Sequence record: DRR378314_166
Length of the DNA: 64,000 nt
Strand: one strand, 5' to 3'
Shown here: piece after piece, positions 39,921 through 49,448 of the stretch
How positions within the stretch are numbered: the first letter of the stretch is position 1
Layout of the letters: each line of letters begins with the position of its first letter
Program-made: the position numbers and the translations under genes
The notes under the pieces: generated by a model
The model's input: only the letters and a program-made list of their open reading frames with translations
The model's database searches: none
What the model was told of the DNA's origin: nothing

Positions 39921-41567
39921 CTATTCAGCAATTCGCAAGTTACTGAGTTCCTGACCAATTGTTCTGAACGCTTCTCGCAGAGATTCTTTGGTCGGGGAGT
40001 TGAAGAAATGCTGTGGTGAGGTTGCACAATTTCGATACAGATTATCATTTCCGGATTTAAATTTGATCGTATAGACAATTATTCCCGCCTGTTTCATCGC
40101 GTTGCAAACAGTTGTGAATTTAGCATCAATCTTGTTTCGGTAATAAGATGAGGATGTATAGCGCAAGCGACCATCCGGGCCAGTCCAGGTATCTGTGCTG
40201 GCTTGAGAGCTCCGATGGCGGCTCCAGGCGTTTTTCTCGTGCCGGGAATAGGAATTATAGTCAAAGGTGCTTTTCCCGCCGTGGCTAAACACCAGATTTT
40301 CCCCATCTGTCATCATGATCACGGCCTTATCGATCAAAGGCTCGTCATAATCTTTTGGAAGTTCCGGATCAGATCCGTTCCACATACCGCGCCAGCGAGG
40401 AGAAATCGCGCGCCATCCCCAGACCATACCTACATTGCCCATGGTGCCACCACTATACCAGGGGCGCATCGCGTCAATGGAAGCCTTAACGGCTGTTTTT
40501 TCAGCTGTCAGGGGTAAAATAGGGGTTGGGCAACCTGCATTTGGACCGCGTCCAACAGAATTGTTGAAGCTGCTCCAGGAGGTGACATCGTCTTCATCGA
40601 TGTTGCGGACAGTACCGGGGGAGCTGTCGTTCCAGTCATTATCCCGATCGCGATAGCTATTGTTCATGTTCCGGTGGCCATCGAAGTAAATATAGGGCAT
40701 GAAGTCTTCATCGGGCGGGTTATCTGTTGTATCAATGGTGCCGCCATCAAGATGACCGCGCATTTCAACGCAGCCTTTCCAGCCATAATTTGTATCATTG
40801 CTGCCATTTCGGTCCACGTCGAAGCCGAGCGGCAGATGAAAATCAGAGTCTTTATGAAATTCGCTTTTATTGGCACCTGAGCCTGCCACAATATTATACT
40901 GTTCGCTGCGATCCAGAAATCCGATATTTTTATAGCCCACATTGACTTGTGTGACGTAGGGAACAATGCCAATCCAGAGGTTTTTCTGCACTTCTTTGTC
41001 GCCGTACAGAATGTCGACAAGATCGGTTGCAGCTTCCCTCAGAGAGACCATTCGTCTGTTTGAATCCGGTCCTGAGTAGCCATCTGTATCGGCGTCACGA
41101 GCCATGGAGCCGGTATTATCCAGTACCATTATGAGTTCCAGCCCTCTGTTGACCCGATTGACAACGGTTCTGGCACCGACGGAGACTTCTTCTTTACCGA
41201 GAATACTCATAAATGTCGTGTTCAGATCCGCGTGGACTTTCAGTTCAATATTTTCACGGGTGGCATCCCAGGAGATTTCCAGATCACTGACATCGGCGCC
41301 CATATATCCGGACGTGAAATTGGCATCAAAGAATTTCTGGGCATCGGCAATAACAGTAGCGTCAGCTTTGAAAATGACCCGGCCAGCAGCCAGCCCTGCG
41401 GCATCAAGGGCGGTTGAGAGCTTGGATTTCAACACATAAGCCCGTCCCATGTCCACAGACAGGCCAATAGCTCCCATAATAGGGATGGCCAAAAAAGCGA
41501 AAATAACAGCACTCGCGCCGTTTGTGTTCTCACCAAAACGGAACAGGTTTTTCTTTATAATCTTCAT
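39921..41567 (-). CDS. tadG: TadG-like pilus assembly protein with vWA domain
   Basis: GASAVIFA..AIP, ALDAAGLAA, MIDAS DNTGSM, WKGCV, MMTDGEN, C..MK..GI.VYTI. Confidence 0.85.
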   Translation of the reverse strand: MKIIKKNLFRFGENTNGASAVIFAFLAIPIMGAIGLSVDMGRAYVLKSKLSTALDAAGLAAGRVIFKADATVIADAQKFFDANFTSGYMGADVSDLEISWDATRENIELKVHADLNTTFMSILGKEEVSVGARTVVNRVNRGLELIMVLDNTGSMARDADTDGYSGPDSNRRMVSLREAATDLVDILYGDKEVQKNLWIGIVPYVTQVNVGYKNIGFLDRSEQYNIVAGSGANKSEFHKDSDFHLPLGFDVDRNGSNDTNYGWKGCVEMRGHLDGGTIDTTDNPPDEDFMPYIYFDGHRNMNNSYRDRDNDWNDSSPGTVRNIDEDDVTSWSSFNNSVGRGPNAGCPTPILPLTAEKTAVKASIDAMRPWYSGGTMGNVGMVWGWRAISPRWRGMWNGSDPELPKDYDEPLIDKAVIMMTDGENLVFSHGGKSTFDYNSYSRHEKNAWSRHRSSQASTDTWTGPDGRLRYTSSSYYRNKIDAKFTTVCNAMKQAGIIVYTIKFKSGNDNLYRNCATSPQHFFNSPTKESLREAFRTIGQELSNLRIAE

Positions 41568-41770
41568 AACTGAGGTGATACACATCGGGCGACCTCGCGT
41601 TCATCCAGAAAAATTCAAGCCTGGAGGATGACAGGGAAGTCTTAAACTAGATTAAAAATTCCGCATCAATTTCGATCAATTATGCGTAAAAAGCACTTTA
41701 AATCCGGTTTGTAGAATTGAACTGTATCTATTTTCGGCTGTTCAATCCTATACATTATAAGTAGTCTGAT

Positions 41771-41797
41771 GTTAATTGGATTTTAAGTAATAATTAA
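41771..41797. promoter_or_regulatory. Tandem CtrA sites in the tadG/pilin divergent region
   Basis: GTTAA-ttggatt-TTAA-gtaataa-TTAA (two abutting N7 boxes). Confidence 0.7.
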
Positions 41798-41895
41798 ATA
41801 AAAATACTGCAAATAAATAACGAATACTTGTATTTCTAAATTGAATAAAATTTTATACAATAAAAAATCGCGTTTTTCAGAAAAAATTACATCGT

Positions 41896-41910
41896 TTAAC
41901 TATTGATTAA
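41896..41910. promoter_or_regulatory. CtrA site upstream of the pilin gene
   Basis: TTAA-ctattga-TTAA. Confidence 0.65.
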
Positions 41911-42099
41911 TTATTTTGGGTCAAATTACATCTCAGGAGCAAGGCAAAAGAGTTCTGGAGCCACGCTTCGAAACTAAAGGCTTTTTTGAAGCTTCATGTA
42001 TGTGAGTATTCGGTTAAGTCAGTAGATTGAGAGGTAGGCTCTCAGGATTAAGGATTACCCTCGGGACAAAGTCCTGTTGCTTTATTTAGGAGATGTAAA

Positions 42100-42339
42100 A
42101 TGATTAAGATGTTTCGCGCATTTGTAAAAGACGAGTCTGGTGCAACAGCTATTGAATATGGTCTGATTGCTGCCCTGGTTGCCCTGGTTGGCGTTGTTGC
42201 GTTTACCGCCCTTGGCGACACAATTTTTGCTTCATTTGATGAGTTGGCAAGTACACTTTGTGATAGCGCCGGTGGCACTTACACCGCTTCAGTATCTGGT
42301 GGAGATTCAGGTTCTTGTGCGTTTAGTGACGGCAGCTAA
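42100..42339 (+). CDS. flp: Flp/PilA (type IVc) pilin 1
   Basis: KDESG|ATAIEYGLIAALV Flp motif; AGGAG RBS. Confidence 0.93.
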   Translation: MIKMFRAFVKDESGATAIEYGLIAALVALVGVVAFTALGDTIFASFDELASTLCDSAGGTYTASVSGGDSGSCAFSDGS

Positions 42340-42355
42340 TACTTGATTTGAAATG

Positions 42356-42383
42356 AAAGGGCCGCTTCTTGGCGGCCCTTTTT
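42356..42383 (+). terminator. Terminator between the two pilin genes
   Basis: aaagggccgc-ttcttg-gcggcccttttt. Confidence 0.85.
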
Positions 42384-42409
42384 GTATCAGCAACGATAGG
42401 AGATGTACT

Positions 42410-42631
42410 ATGTCTTTAGGTGTTAAGTTTTTAACTGATCAGACGGGTGCAACTGCTATTGAATACGGTTTGATTGCAGCCCTGGTTGCTGTCGCTGGAG
42501 TAGTGGCTTTTACCGCAACAGGTGGCACTATTTCCTCCAGTTTCGCTGAAATTGCCAAAGACTTCTGTGAGGTTGTTGGCGGAGAATTTACGCTTTCTGA
42601 TACAGGTTCAGATAGCTGTGACCTTGGTTAA
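42410..42631 (+). CDS. flp: Flp/PilA pilin 2
   Basis: DQTG|ATAIEYGLIAALV; AGGAG RBS before the ATG at 42410. Confidence 0.9.
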   Translation: MSLGVKFLTDQTGATAIEYGLIAALVAVAGVVAFTATGGTISSSFAEIAKDFCEVVGGEFTLSDTGSDSCDLG

Positions 42632-42655
42632 GGTCTTAAACATAAAAGCAGTCTT

Positions 42656-43171
42656 ATGTTTCTGAATATCATATTCGTTATTTCTGTTTCTGCTGCTTTG
42701 ACTGCTGCCCTCTTGGCGGCCTATTCCGACTGGAAAAACTATTCCATTCCCAACTTTATCAGTCTCATTATCATTGCGCTGTTCCCCGTGGCGGTTTTAA
42801 CAGCCCCGCATGACATTGATTGGATTGTATCGCTGGCAACCTTTGGTGTGATTTTCATTCTGGGGTTTCTTTTATTCGCGCTTGGTGCTTTAGGCGGCGG
42901 GGATGTGAAACTCATTGCCGCACTCTCCCTCTGGAGTGGTCTGTCTTATCTGATCCCTTTTCTTGTTTGCATGGTGTTAAGTGGCGGATTGCTGGTTTTT
43001 GTCGTGATTATTCGCGAAGCCATTCGCAAAACCCATGACGGACTTTCTTTTAACGCGGGTGTGCGTTCAGCCCTGCGATCAAAAACACCTGTTCCTTACG
43101 GTGTTGCCATTGCCATCGGCAGCCTGCCTGTTTTCTATTTTTATTTTAAAAACAGCGGCTTTGCTGGTTAA
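42656..43171 (+). CDS. cpaA: Prepilin peptidase (A24)
   Basis: SD....IPN, GGGDVKL, VPYGVAIA. Confidence 0.92.
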   Translation: MFLNIIFVISVSAALTAALLAAYSDWKNYSIPNFISLIIIALFPVAVLTAPHDIDWIVSLATFGVIFILGFLLFALGALGGGDVKLIAALSLWSGLSYLIPFLVCMVLSGGLLVFVVIIREAIRKTHDGLSFNAGVRSALRSKTPVPYGVAIAIGSLPVFYFYFKNSGFAG

Positions 43172-43184
43172 TTTTACGCGTTTT

Positions 43185-43199
43185 TTAACGTGAAGTTAA
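43185..43199. promoter_or_regulatory. CtrA site upstream of cpaB
   Basis: TTAA-cgtgaag-TTAA. Confidence 0.65.
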
Positions 43200-43248
43200 A
43201 CTCTCCCCTCTACAAAAGAGTAATATTGAATTTAGTGGAATTAGGCTT

Positions 43249-44136
43249 ATGGCACGTAAACTAATCTTGGTTGTTTTCGCTCTTGTGATTGCAGGTGCAA
43301 CCGTCATGTTCGTTCGGAACTGGGCAGGAAGCCAGGCGCCGAATTCGCAAATTCAGGCCGTTAATGAAACGGTTGTAGCGCCCCCCAAACCTGAAAAGAA
43401 AATTCTGGTTGCAGCCAGCGATTTACCAGCTGGTACCCTGGTGCGCGAAGAGCATTTATCCTGGCAGGCATGGCCTGTTTCCGACGATCTGGAAGAGAAA
43501 TATATCGTTGAGAATGTCCGCGCCGCCGATGAATTTTTCGGCACGGTTGTTCGAACCGGTATCTCTAGCGGAGAGCCTATTTCAGAAAACCGGATGGTTC
43601 GCCCCGGACAGCAAGGCTTCCTGGCGGCGGTTCTGGAGCCGGGTATGCGGGCAGTTTCCATCAATGTTGATGCGACCGCAGGCATCGCAGGTTTCGTCTT
43701 TCCAGGTGATAAGGTTGATGTTGTCCTGACATTGTCGGTTCAACGCGAAGGTGAAAACCAGACCCCTCATCATGCCAGTGAAACAATTCTAACGGATGTA
43801 CGCGTCGTTGCCATGGACCAAACAACGGATGATCAAGCCCAGCAGGCAATCGTTCGCAGTATTGCAACTCTGGAAGTGACACCCAAACAGGTTGAAGTTG
43901 TCTCAGTTGCAAGGGAGCTTGGCCGATTGTCCTTATCCCTTCGCAGCATTGCCCGCATTGAGGATACAGAAAATCCACTGGAAAACGCGGTTGCCATGAA
44001 ACCGGAGAGAGGACGCGGGTTTACACTGGACAGTGAAGCCAGCGCCTTGATCACGGCGCCCAGAAATGCAGGACGGGCACCGGATACGGTGGTTATCATT
44101 CGCGCTGGCGAAGTTAAACAAAAAGCCTTCGATTAA
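43249..44136 (+). CDS. cpaB: Flp pilus assembly protein CpaB/RcpC
   Basis: SAF domain (LVAASDLPAG), PGMRAVSI, AGFVFPGDKVDV, TLEVTP, LSLSLRS. Confidence 0.93.
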   Translation: MARKLILVVFALVIAGATVMFVRNWAGSQAPNSQIQAVNETVVAPPKPEKKILVAASDLPAGTLVREEHLSWQAWPVSDDLEEKYIVENVRAADEFFGTVVRTGISSGEPISENRMVRPGQQGFLAAVLEPGMRAVSINVDATAGIAGFVFPGDKVDVVLTLSVQREGENQTPHHASETILTDVRVVAMDQTTDDQAQQAIVRSIATLEVTPKQVEVVSVARELGRLSLSLRSIARIEDTENPLENAVAMKPERGRGFTLDSEASALITAPRNAGRAPDTVVIIRAGEVKQKAFD

Positions 44137-44141
44137 GGGGA

Positions 44142-45548
44142 ATGGTTGTGAAAAAATTCATTTGTACATTGGCCGCAATCGCATTCCTGGGTTTAATGGG
44201 TGTTGTGTCCAGCGGTCAGGCTGCGAAAGTGATCAACGACATTGGTGATCCGATTGACCTGACGCTAAATTCTGGAAAACTGATCCAGTTGGACAATGCA
44301 GCCGCGTCGGTTTTCGTCGGCAATCCGGAACTTGCCGATGTGCAGGTTCAATCACCGAAAATTATTTACATCTTTGCCAAGCAACCGGGTAAAACCAACC
44401 TGTTTGCGCTGAACAAGCAAGGACAGGTGCTGCTTAATTCACCAGTGCAAATTCGCCATGATCTGGCATCATTGGAAACCGCATTAAGAGAGGTTGATCC
44501 AAAGGGGTTTATCAAAGCGAATTCTGTTCAGGATGGTCTTGTGCTAACGGGCCGTGCGCTTAATGATAATGTTGCACACGAAGCCCATCGCCTGGCCTCA
44601 TTACATGCCCCAAGCGGGAAAGTGTTGAACAGGATTACGGTGGAAAGTGCCCAGCAGGTCAATATTCGGGTGCAGGTTGCGGAAGTTGCCAGATCTGTCA
44701 GCAAACAGTTGGGAATTAACTGGGAGCAGTTCAGCTCAATTGGTAATTTTGCTTTCGGAACAGGTATCGGCCGGGATGTGGTCGGCACCGGTTCAACCAT
44801 CCTCAGAAACGGCAATCTAAGTAGTGTGTTTGCAGGCTTTAATGACGGTCAAACCTCTATCCAGGGGTTGATTGACGCCCTGGAAGATGAGGGACTTGTA
44901 ACCTTGTTGGCGGAACCAAACCTGACAGCATTGTCTGGTGAGACGGCGGAATTTCTGGCTGGTGGTGAATTTCCAATCCCGGTTCCTCAGGAAGATGGGG
45001 CGATTACAATCGATTATAAAGAATTTGGTGTGTCACTAAAGTTTACGCCAAATCTTGTCGGTGAAAACCGGATTAACCTGAAAGTGCGCCCGGAAGTGAG
45101 CCAGCTTTCCTCTCAGTCAGCGATTAATATCAATAATATCTTCATCCAGTCCCTGATTACCCGGCGCGCCGAAACAACGGTTGAACTGGCGAGTGGTCAG
45201 AGTTTTGTTCTGGGTGGATTGCTCAACAGCGATTCCAATAACAATGTTTCCAAGACGCCGTTACTGGGTGAATTGCCGATTATTGGGGCGTTGTTCCGAT
45301 CAGCAGCGTTTCAGAAGAATGAAACGGAACTTGTCATCATCGTGACGCCGTACTTGGTGAAGCCAACCAATTCGCGCATCGCATTGCCGACGGATGGTTA
45401 CATCCCGCCCAACGAGAAAGAGCTTTATAAAGATGGAATGCTGTTCAAACCAACCAGCGAAGGTGCGCAAAGCAAGACAACAAACGGCGCAAAAACAGCT
45501 TCTGACAGTGTGAAACTTGTGGGCCCTGCCGGCTTTATTATGGAGTAG
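44142..45548 (+). CDS. cpaC: Pilus secretin CpaC/RcpA
   Basis: LAEPNL...SGE.A.FLAGGEFPIP, RRAETTVEL.SGQSF, ETELVIIVTPYLV. Confidence 0.94.
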   Translation: MVVKKFICTLAAIAFLGLMGVVSSGQAAKVINDIGDPIDLTLNSGKLIQLDNAAASVFVGNPELADVQVQSPKIIYIFAKQPGKTNLFALNKQGQVLLNSPVQIRHDLASLETALREVDPKGFIKANSVQDGLVLTGRALNDNVAHEAHRLASLHAPSGKVLNRITVESAQQVNIRVQVAEVARSVSKQLGINWEQFSSIGNFAFGTGIGRDVVGTGSTILRNGNLSSVFAGFNDGQTSIQGLIDALEDEGLVTLLAEPNLTALSGETAEFLAGGEFPIPVPQEDGAITIDYKEFGVSLKFTPNLVGENRINLKVRPEVSQLSSQSAININNIFIQSLITRRAETTVELASGQSFVLGGLLNSDSNNNVSKTPLLGELPIIGALFRSAAFQKNETELVIIVTPYLVKPTNSRIALPTDGYIPPNEKELYKDGMLFKPTSEGAQSKTTNGAKTASDSVKLVGPAGFIME

Positions 45549-45552
45549 ACAG

Positions 45553-46254
45553 ATGACGATGTTGAATTTTTCCAAAAAGATTTCGCTGTTTGCTGCTCTT
45601 GGCAGTTTGGGCCTTGCCGCCTGCGCGCCGATGGACCCCGAAACCGGACGTCCGGCTGAACTGAGAGCATCTCCAGAGACGGTGTCTTTGAATAAACAGA
45701 TCAATGTTCAGGAATTGAAACCGGTTCATATCGTCAGGTTCACCGCAACAGGCGGGGAGCTGAGCGATCTGGAAAAAGGCCGGTTAATGGGCTTTATGGA
45801 AGCGCAGCAGATCAAGTTCGGTGATACCCTTCATCTGGAGCTGCCCCCCTTTAACGATGCGAACGGATTGAACGAAAACCGGTTTGGCGCTGTAGGCAGC
45901 TTTTTGGAAAGCCTGGGCGCCAATGTGGTTCCGAAAATTCTGCCAGACAGAAATGCAGGCGCTTTGCGGGTTTATTATTCCAAATATGTGGCAACCGTCG
46001 ATCCGGTCTGCAGCAAAGGTTGGCAAAACCCCCCAGGGACAGATTATGAAAATCTGAACCTGCCGCATATGGGATGCGCAAACGCCTCTGCACTCGCGCA
46101 GATGATTGCCAATCCAAAAGATCTCGTCGATCCCGAGGGGATCGGTGGATATGACGGGGAGCGGGCAGCCCGCTCGATCGCAAAATACAAAGCTGGCTCT
46201 TCCGGTAAGTCGAGCGGTGGTTCTGGCGGTGGTTCCGGTGGTGAAGAAAAGTAA
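45553..46254 (+). CDS. cpaD: CpaD-family pilus assembly lipoprotein
   Basis: LAAC lipobox; GCANASALAQMIANPKDL. Confidence 0.88.
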   Translation: MTMLNFSKKISLFAALGSLGLAACAPMDPETGRPAELRASPETVSLNKQINVQELKPVHIVRFTATGGELSDLEKGRLMGFMEAQQIKFGDTLHLELPPFNDANGLNENRFGAVGSFLESLGANVVPKILPDRNAGALRVYYSKYVATVDPVCSKGWQNPPGTDYENLNLPHMGCANASALAQMIANPKDLVDPEGIGGYDGERAARSIAKYKAGSSGKSSGGSGGGSGGEEK

Positions 46255-46287
46255 TTCTGTTCCAAATCAGCAGATTGGGTAACGTAA

Positions 46288-47520
46288 ATGGCAAGCACAG
46301 CAGCAAATTTGAGCACATTATTTGGTAATCAGGTCCATGAAGATTTGATGATTTTTGTCGATGATGAGCATTCCCTTGGTGTGTGCCGCGCGACTGCGCC
46401 GGATCTGGGATCTTCAGCAGATGCCGTGCAGGATGGCGGAATTATTGAAGCGCTCAATCGTATTGAACCTGGACATTCCCCGAAAAAGGTGGTTGCGGAT
46501 ATTAGTCGCAGCCTGGATCCCGAGGCGGATGTAACCCGTCTTGTACGCAAAATGGGCCCAAATAATCATCTGATTATCATCGGCACCTCAAATGATGTGA
46601 AAGTCTTTCGCAAGATGATCGCACTTGGGGCGCAGGATTATCTGGTCAAGCCATTGACGGCCGAAGATTTTGTCGACGCTGTGGATCATGCCAGCAAAGC
46701 TGGCGCGGCTGCAAATGCTGCACAAAGCGGCAAATTAACAGTGATCATCGGTGTGCGCGGCGGGACCGGCGCATCTACTATCGCAACTAATCTGGCCTGG
46801 ATCATGGCCAATGAAGAGCGGATGACCACAGCGCTTTTGGATCTGGATCTGCATTTTGGAACCAGCACGCTGTCACTGGATGTGGAAACCGGCGGGGGCT
46901 TTCGTGAAGCGCTGGAAAACCCGCACCGGCTGGATAAATTGTTTCTGGACAGCGCCATTACCAAGGCGGGAGATCGTCTTGCAGTTCTGGGAACGGAAGA
47001 GCCCATTGAAGAGTTTGTCGACGTCAATCCGGATAGTATTGATACCCTGATCGGTGAACTCAGTCAGGATTACAGCCAGATCATAGTGGATCTGCCAAGG
47101 CATTTGCTACCTACTCAAGGTGCGCTACTGGCATCCGCTGATACGGTGGTTCTGGTTTCAGATCAGACGCTGGCTGGTATTCGCGACATGAACCGGATTA
47201 CCCAAGCCATGACATCACTTTCTACCAAAGGGCGGATTGTCAAGGTGATCAGCCGGGTTGGATCTGAGCGGGTTGCCCAGGTTGTCAAAGCGGATTTCCA
47301 AAAAGCACTGGAAGAGCCCGCCCAGTATTTCGTGCCGGAGGACGGGAAAACCGTTTCCGTGTGTGCAAATGCCGGTAAAGCGGTTTCAGAGGTGAACGTA
47401 AAAGCACCGATCACGAAGGTTCTGCGGGAGATGGCCGCGGATCTTTCAGATTATCAAAAGCCCAAGAAGAAGGGGCTGTTTGGCTTCGGTGCCAAGAAAT
47501 CCAAGAAAGTTGAAGGTTAA
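46288..47520 (+). CDS. cpaE: CpaE/TadZ (atypical receiver + MinD-like ATPase)
   Basis: GAQDYLVKP, RGGTGASTIATNLAW, DLDLHFG, VDLP, C-terminal amphipathic tail. Confidence 0.92.
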   Translation: MASTAANLSTLFGNQVHEDLMIFVDDEHSLGVCRATAPDLGSSADAVQDGGIIEALNRIEPGHSPKKVVADISRSLDPEADVTRLVRKMGPNNHLIIIGTSNDVKVFRKMIALGAQDYLVKPLTAEDFVDAVDHASKAGAAANAAQSGKLTVIIGVRGGTGASTIATNLAWIMANEERMTTALLDLDLHFGTSTLSLDVETGGGFREALENPHRLDKLFLDSAITKAGDRLAVLGTEEPIEEFVDVNPDSIDTLIGELSQDYSQIIVDLPRHLLPTQGALLASADTVVLVSDQTLAGIRDMNRITQAMTSLSTKGRIVKVISRVGSERVAQVVKADFQKALEEPAQYFVPEDGKTVSVCANAGKAVSEVNVKAPITKVLREMAADLSDYQKPKKKGLFGFGAKKSKKVEG

Positions 47521-47525
47521 GTCGC

Positions 47526-49448
47526 GTGAGTTTATGGCGGTCCTCCTCAGGGAACTCAAGAAAAGACAGTCAAAAGGCGGCATCAGATGCCAGGTCTGTT
47601 GATGGTTTGGCTTTGGTTGAGCGTTACTTTGCGGCCGCCTGCGAAAATCTGATTGTTACGCTGGAGCCGACTATAAAGCGGGTGGATTTTTCAGCCGCCG
47701 TGAAAAGCCACGTTCGCGCGCAACTGGCGACAGAGCAAATTGAACTGAATGTTCTAGAGCAGAGAAACCTGGTTGCTGCATTATCCGATCGCTTATGGAC
47801 GGAGTTTGAAGCCAATTTCAAAGCCCCTGAAACTGCCAGTCTGAACGGTGGATCTGCGGATCTGGAGGAGGGTCCGTTAAATCACGCGCCCCTTCCCAAC
47901 GCAACACAGATCCTGGAAGAGGGGATCACCGTTTTTGGAATGGACTCCAACGCCCCGGTTGAGGTAAGCGCCGAATTCGAGCGACCCGCCCCGAGAGAGC
48001 CCGTTGAGACAATCAGTGATGCGGATTTAGACGCGGAGTATCCAGAACCGGAAGTACCGCTTATGCAGTCCATGACAGAGCAGGCGGTAACGTCACTAGA
48101 TGCGCCCGCCACCGAACCGGAAGAGCCGGAAGTTTCGGCGGCAGATGTCTTGAAGCTGGAAGCCGTTACGGAAAGTCAGGCGCCGCGCGCTGCCTCTCAA
48201 ATCGAGTTGATTAAAGAGCGGGTGCAGCCCTTGCTGCTGGAGCGGATTGATATCAGTGCTGCGGTTGCAATGGATCGATTGGATCTGGCACGGGATATTT
48301 CAGATATCGTTGCGGATATCCTGATTGAAGAGCGTATTCAGTTAAATCAGCGGGAACAGCGGGAACTGATCGAGCGGCTCATGCATGATATGCTGGGCCT
48401 TGGACCGCTGGAGCCATTGCTGGCTGATGAGAGCATCACCGATATCATGGTCAACGGACCCAAACAGGTCTATGTGGAGCAAAAAGGCAAGCTGGTTCTT
48501 TCGGACTGCCAGTTTCGCGATAACGCACATGTTTTGAGTATTGCCGGACGGATCGTGAGCCATGTTGGCCGCCGTGTGGATGAGACCAACCCCCTGGTGG
48601 ATGCCCGTTTGGCCGATGGTAGCCGGGTGAATATCATTATTCCGCCGCTTGCCATCGATGGTCCCAGCATTTCTATTCGTAAGTTTGCCAAGCAGAAAAT
48701 CACGCTGGATACCATGGAGCGTCAGGATAACCTGTCATCGGCAGCGGCCACTGTTCTTCGGGTTGCAGGTCGGTGCCGGCTGAATATCCTGATTTCCGGG
48801 GGTACGGGTTCCGGTAAAACCACCATGCTGAACGCGATTTCCCAGTTGATTGATCCGGGTGAACGGATTGTGACAATTGAGGATGCGGCGGAGCTGCAAA
48901 TGCAGCAGCCTCACGTGGTGCGTTTGGAGACACGATCCGCCAACCTGGAAGGGACTGGGGAAATTTCCATGCGGGATCTTTTGAAAAACTCCCTTCGGAT
49001 GCGCCCCGACCGGATTATTCTGGGTGAGATCCGTGGCGGCGAAGCCATCGATATGCTTCAGGCCATGAATACAGGCCATGACGGTTCGCTTTCAACCATT
49101 CACGCCAACCGGCCGAGAGAGGCTTTGACCCGACTTGAAAATATGGTCGGGATGTCCGGCGTCAATCTGCCGGCGAAAGCCGTCCGCACACAGATTGCAT
49201 CGGCCATTGATCTGATCGTTCAGGTCAGCCGGATGCGCGATGGTGTCCGCCGGGTAACGTATATTTCAGAAGTTGTTGGTATGGAAGAGGAGGTTATCAC
49301 CATGCAGGACCTCTTTTGGTACGAATATCAGGGTGAAGACAAAGGTGGCCGCCTGATCGGTGATTTCAAATCTTCAGGTTTGCGTCCGCATTTCGCCCCG
49401 AGAGCCGCCTATTTCGGTTTGGATAAAATGCTGATAGGAGCAATGTGA
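47526..49448 (+). CDS. cpaF: CpaF/TadA pilus ATPase with long N-terminal extension
   Basis: GLGPLEPLL, DARLADGSRVN, GGTGSGKTT, IEDAAEL, RMRPDRII.GE, MNTGHDG; the GTG start is uncertain. Confidence 0.93.
   Translation: MSLWRSSSGNSRKDSQKAASDARSVDGLALVERYFAAACENLIVTLEPTIKRVDFSAAVKSHVRAQLATEQIELNVLEQRNLVAALSDRLWTEFEANFKAPETASLNGGSADLEEGPLNHAPLPNATQILEEGITVFGMDSNAPVEVSAEFERPAPREPVETISDADLDAEYPEPEVPLMQSMTEQAVTSLDAPATEPEEPEVSAADVLKLEAVTESQAPRAASQIELIKERVQPLLLERIDISAAVAMDRLDLARDISDIVADILIEERIQLNQREQRELIERLMHDMLGLGPLEPLLADESITDIMVNGPKQVYVEQKGKLVLSDCQFRDNAHVLSIAGRIVSHVGRRVDETNPLVDARLADGSRVNIIIPPLAIDGPSISIRKFAKQKITLDTMERQDNLSSAAATVLRVAGRCRLNILISGGTGSGKTTMLNAISQLIDPGERIVTIEDAAELQMQQPHVVRLETRSANLEGTGEISMRDLLKNSLRMRPDRIILGEIRGGEAIDMLQAMNTGHDGSLSTIHANRPREALTRLENMVGMSGVNLPAKAVRTQIASAIDLIVQVSRMRDGVRRVTYISEVVGMEEEVITMQDLFWYEYQGEDKGGRLIGDFKSSGLRPHFAPRAAYFGLDKMLIGAM

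Noticed and set aside
41935-42090. c-di-GMP riboswitch in the long pilin leader (GGCAAA, small hairpins)
   Set aside because: The GEMM-I architecture (GNRA-capped P2, GACGCAAAG junction, receptor in P3) could not be built
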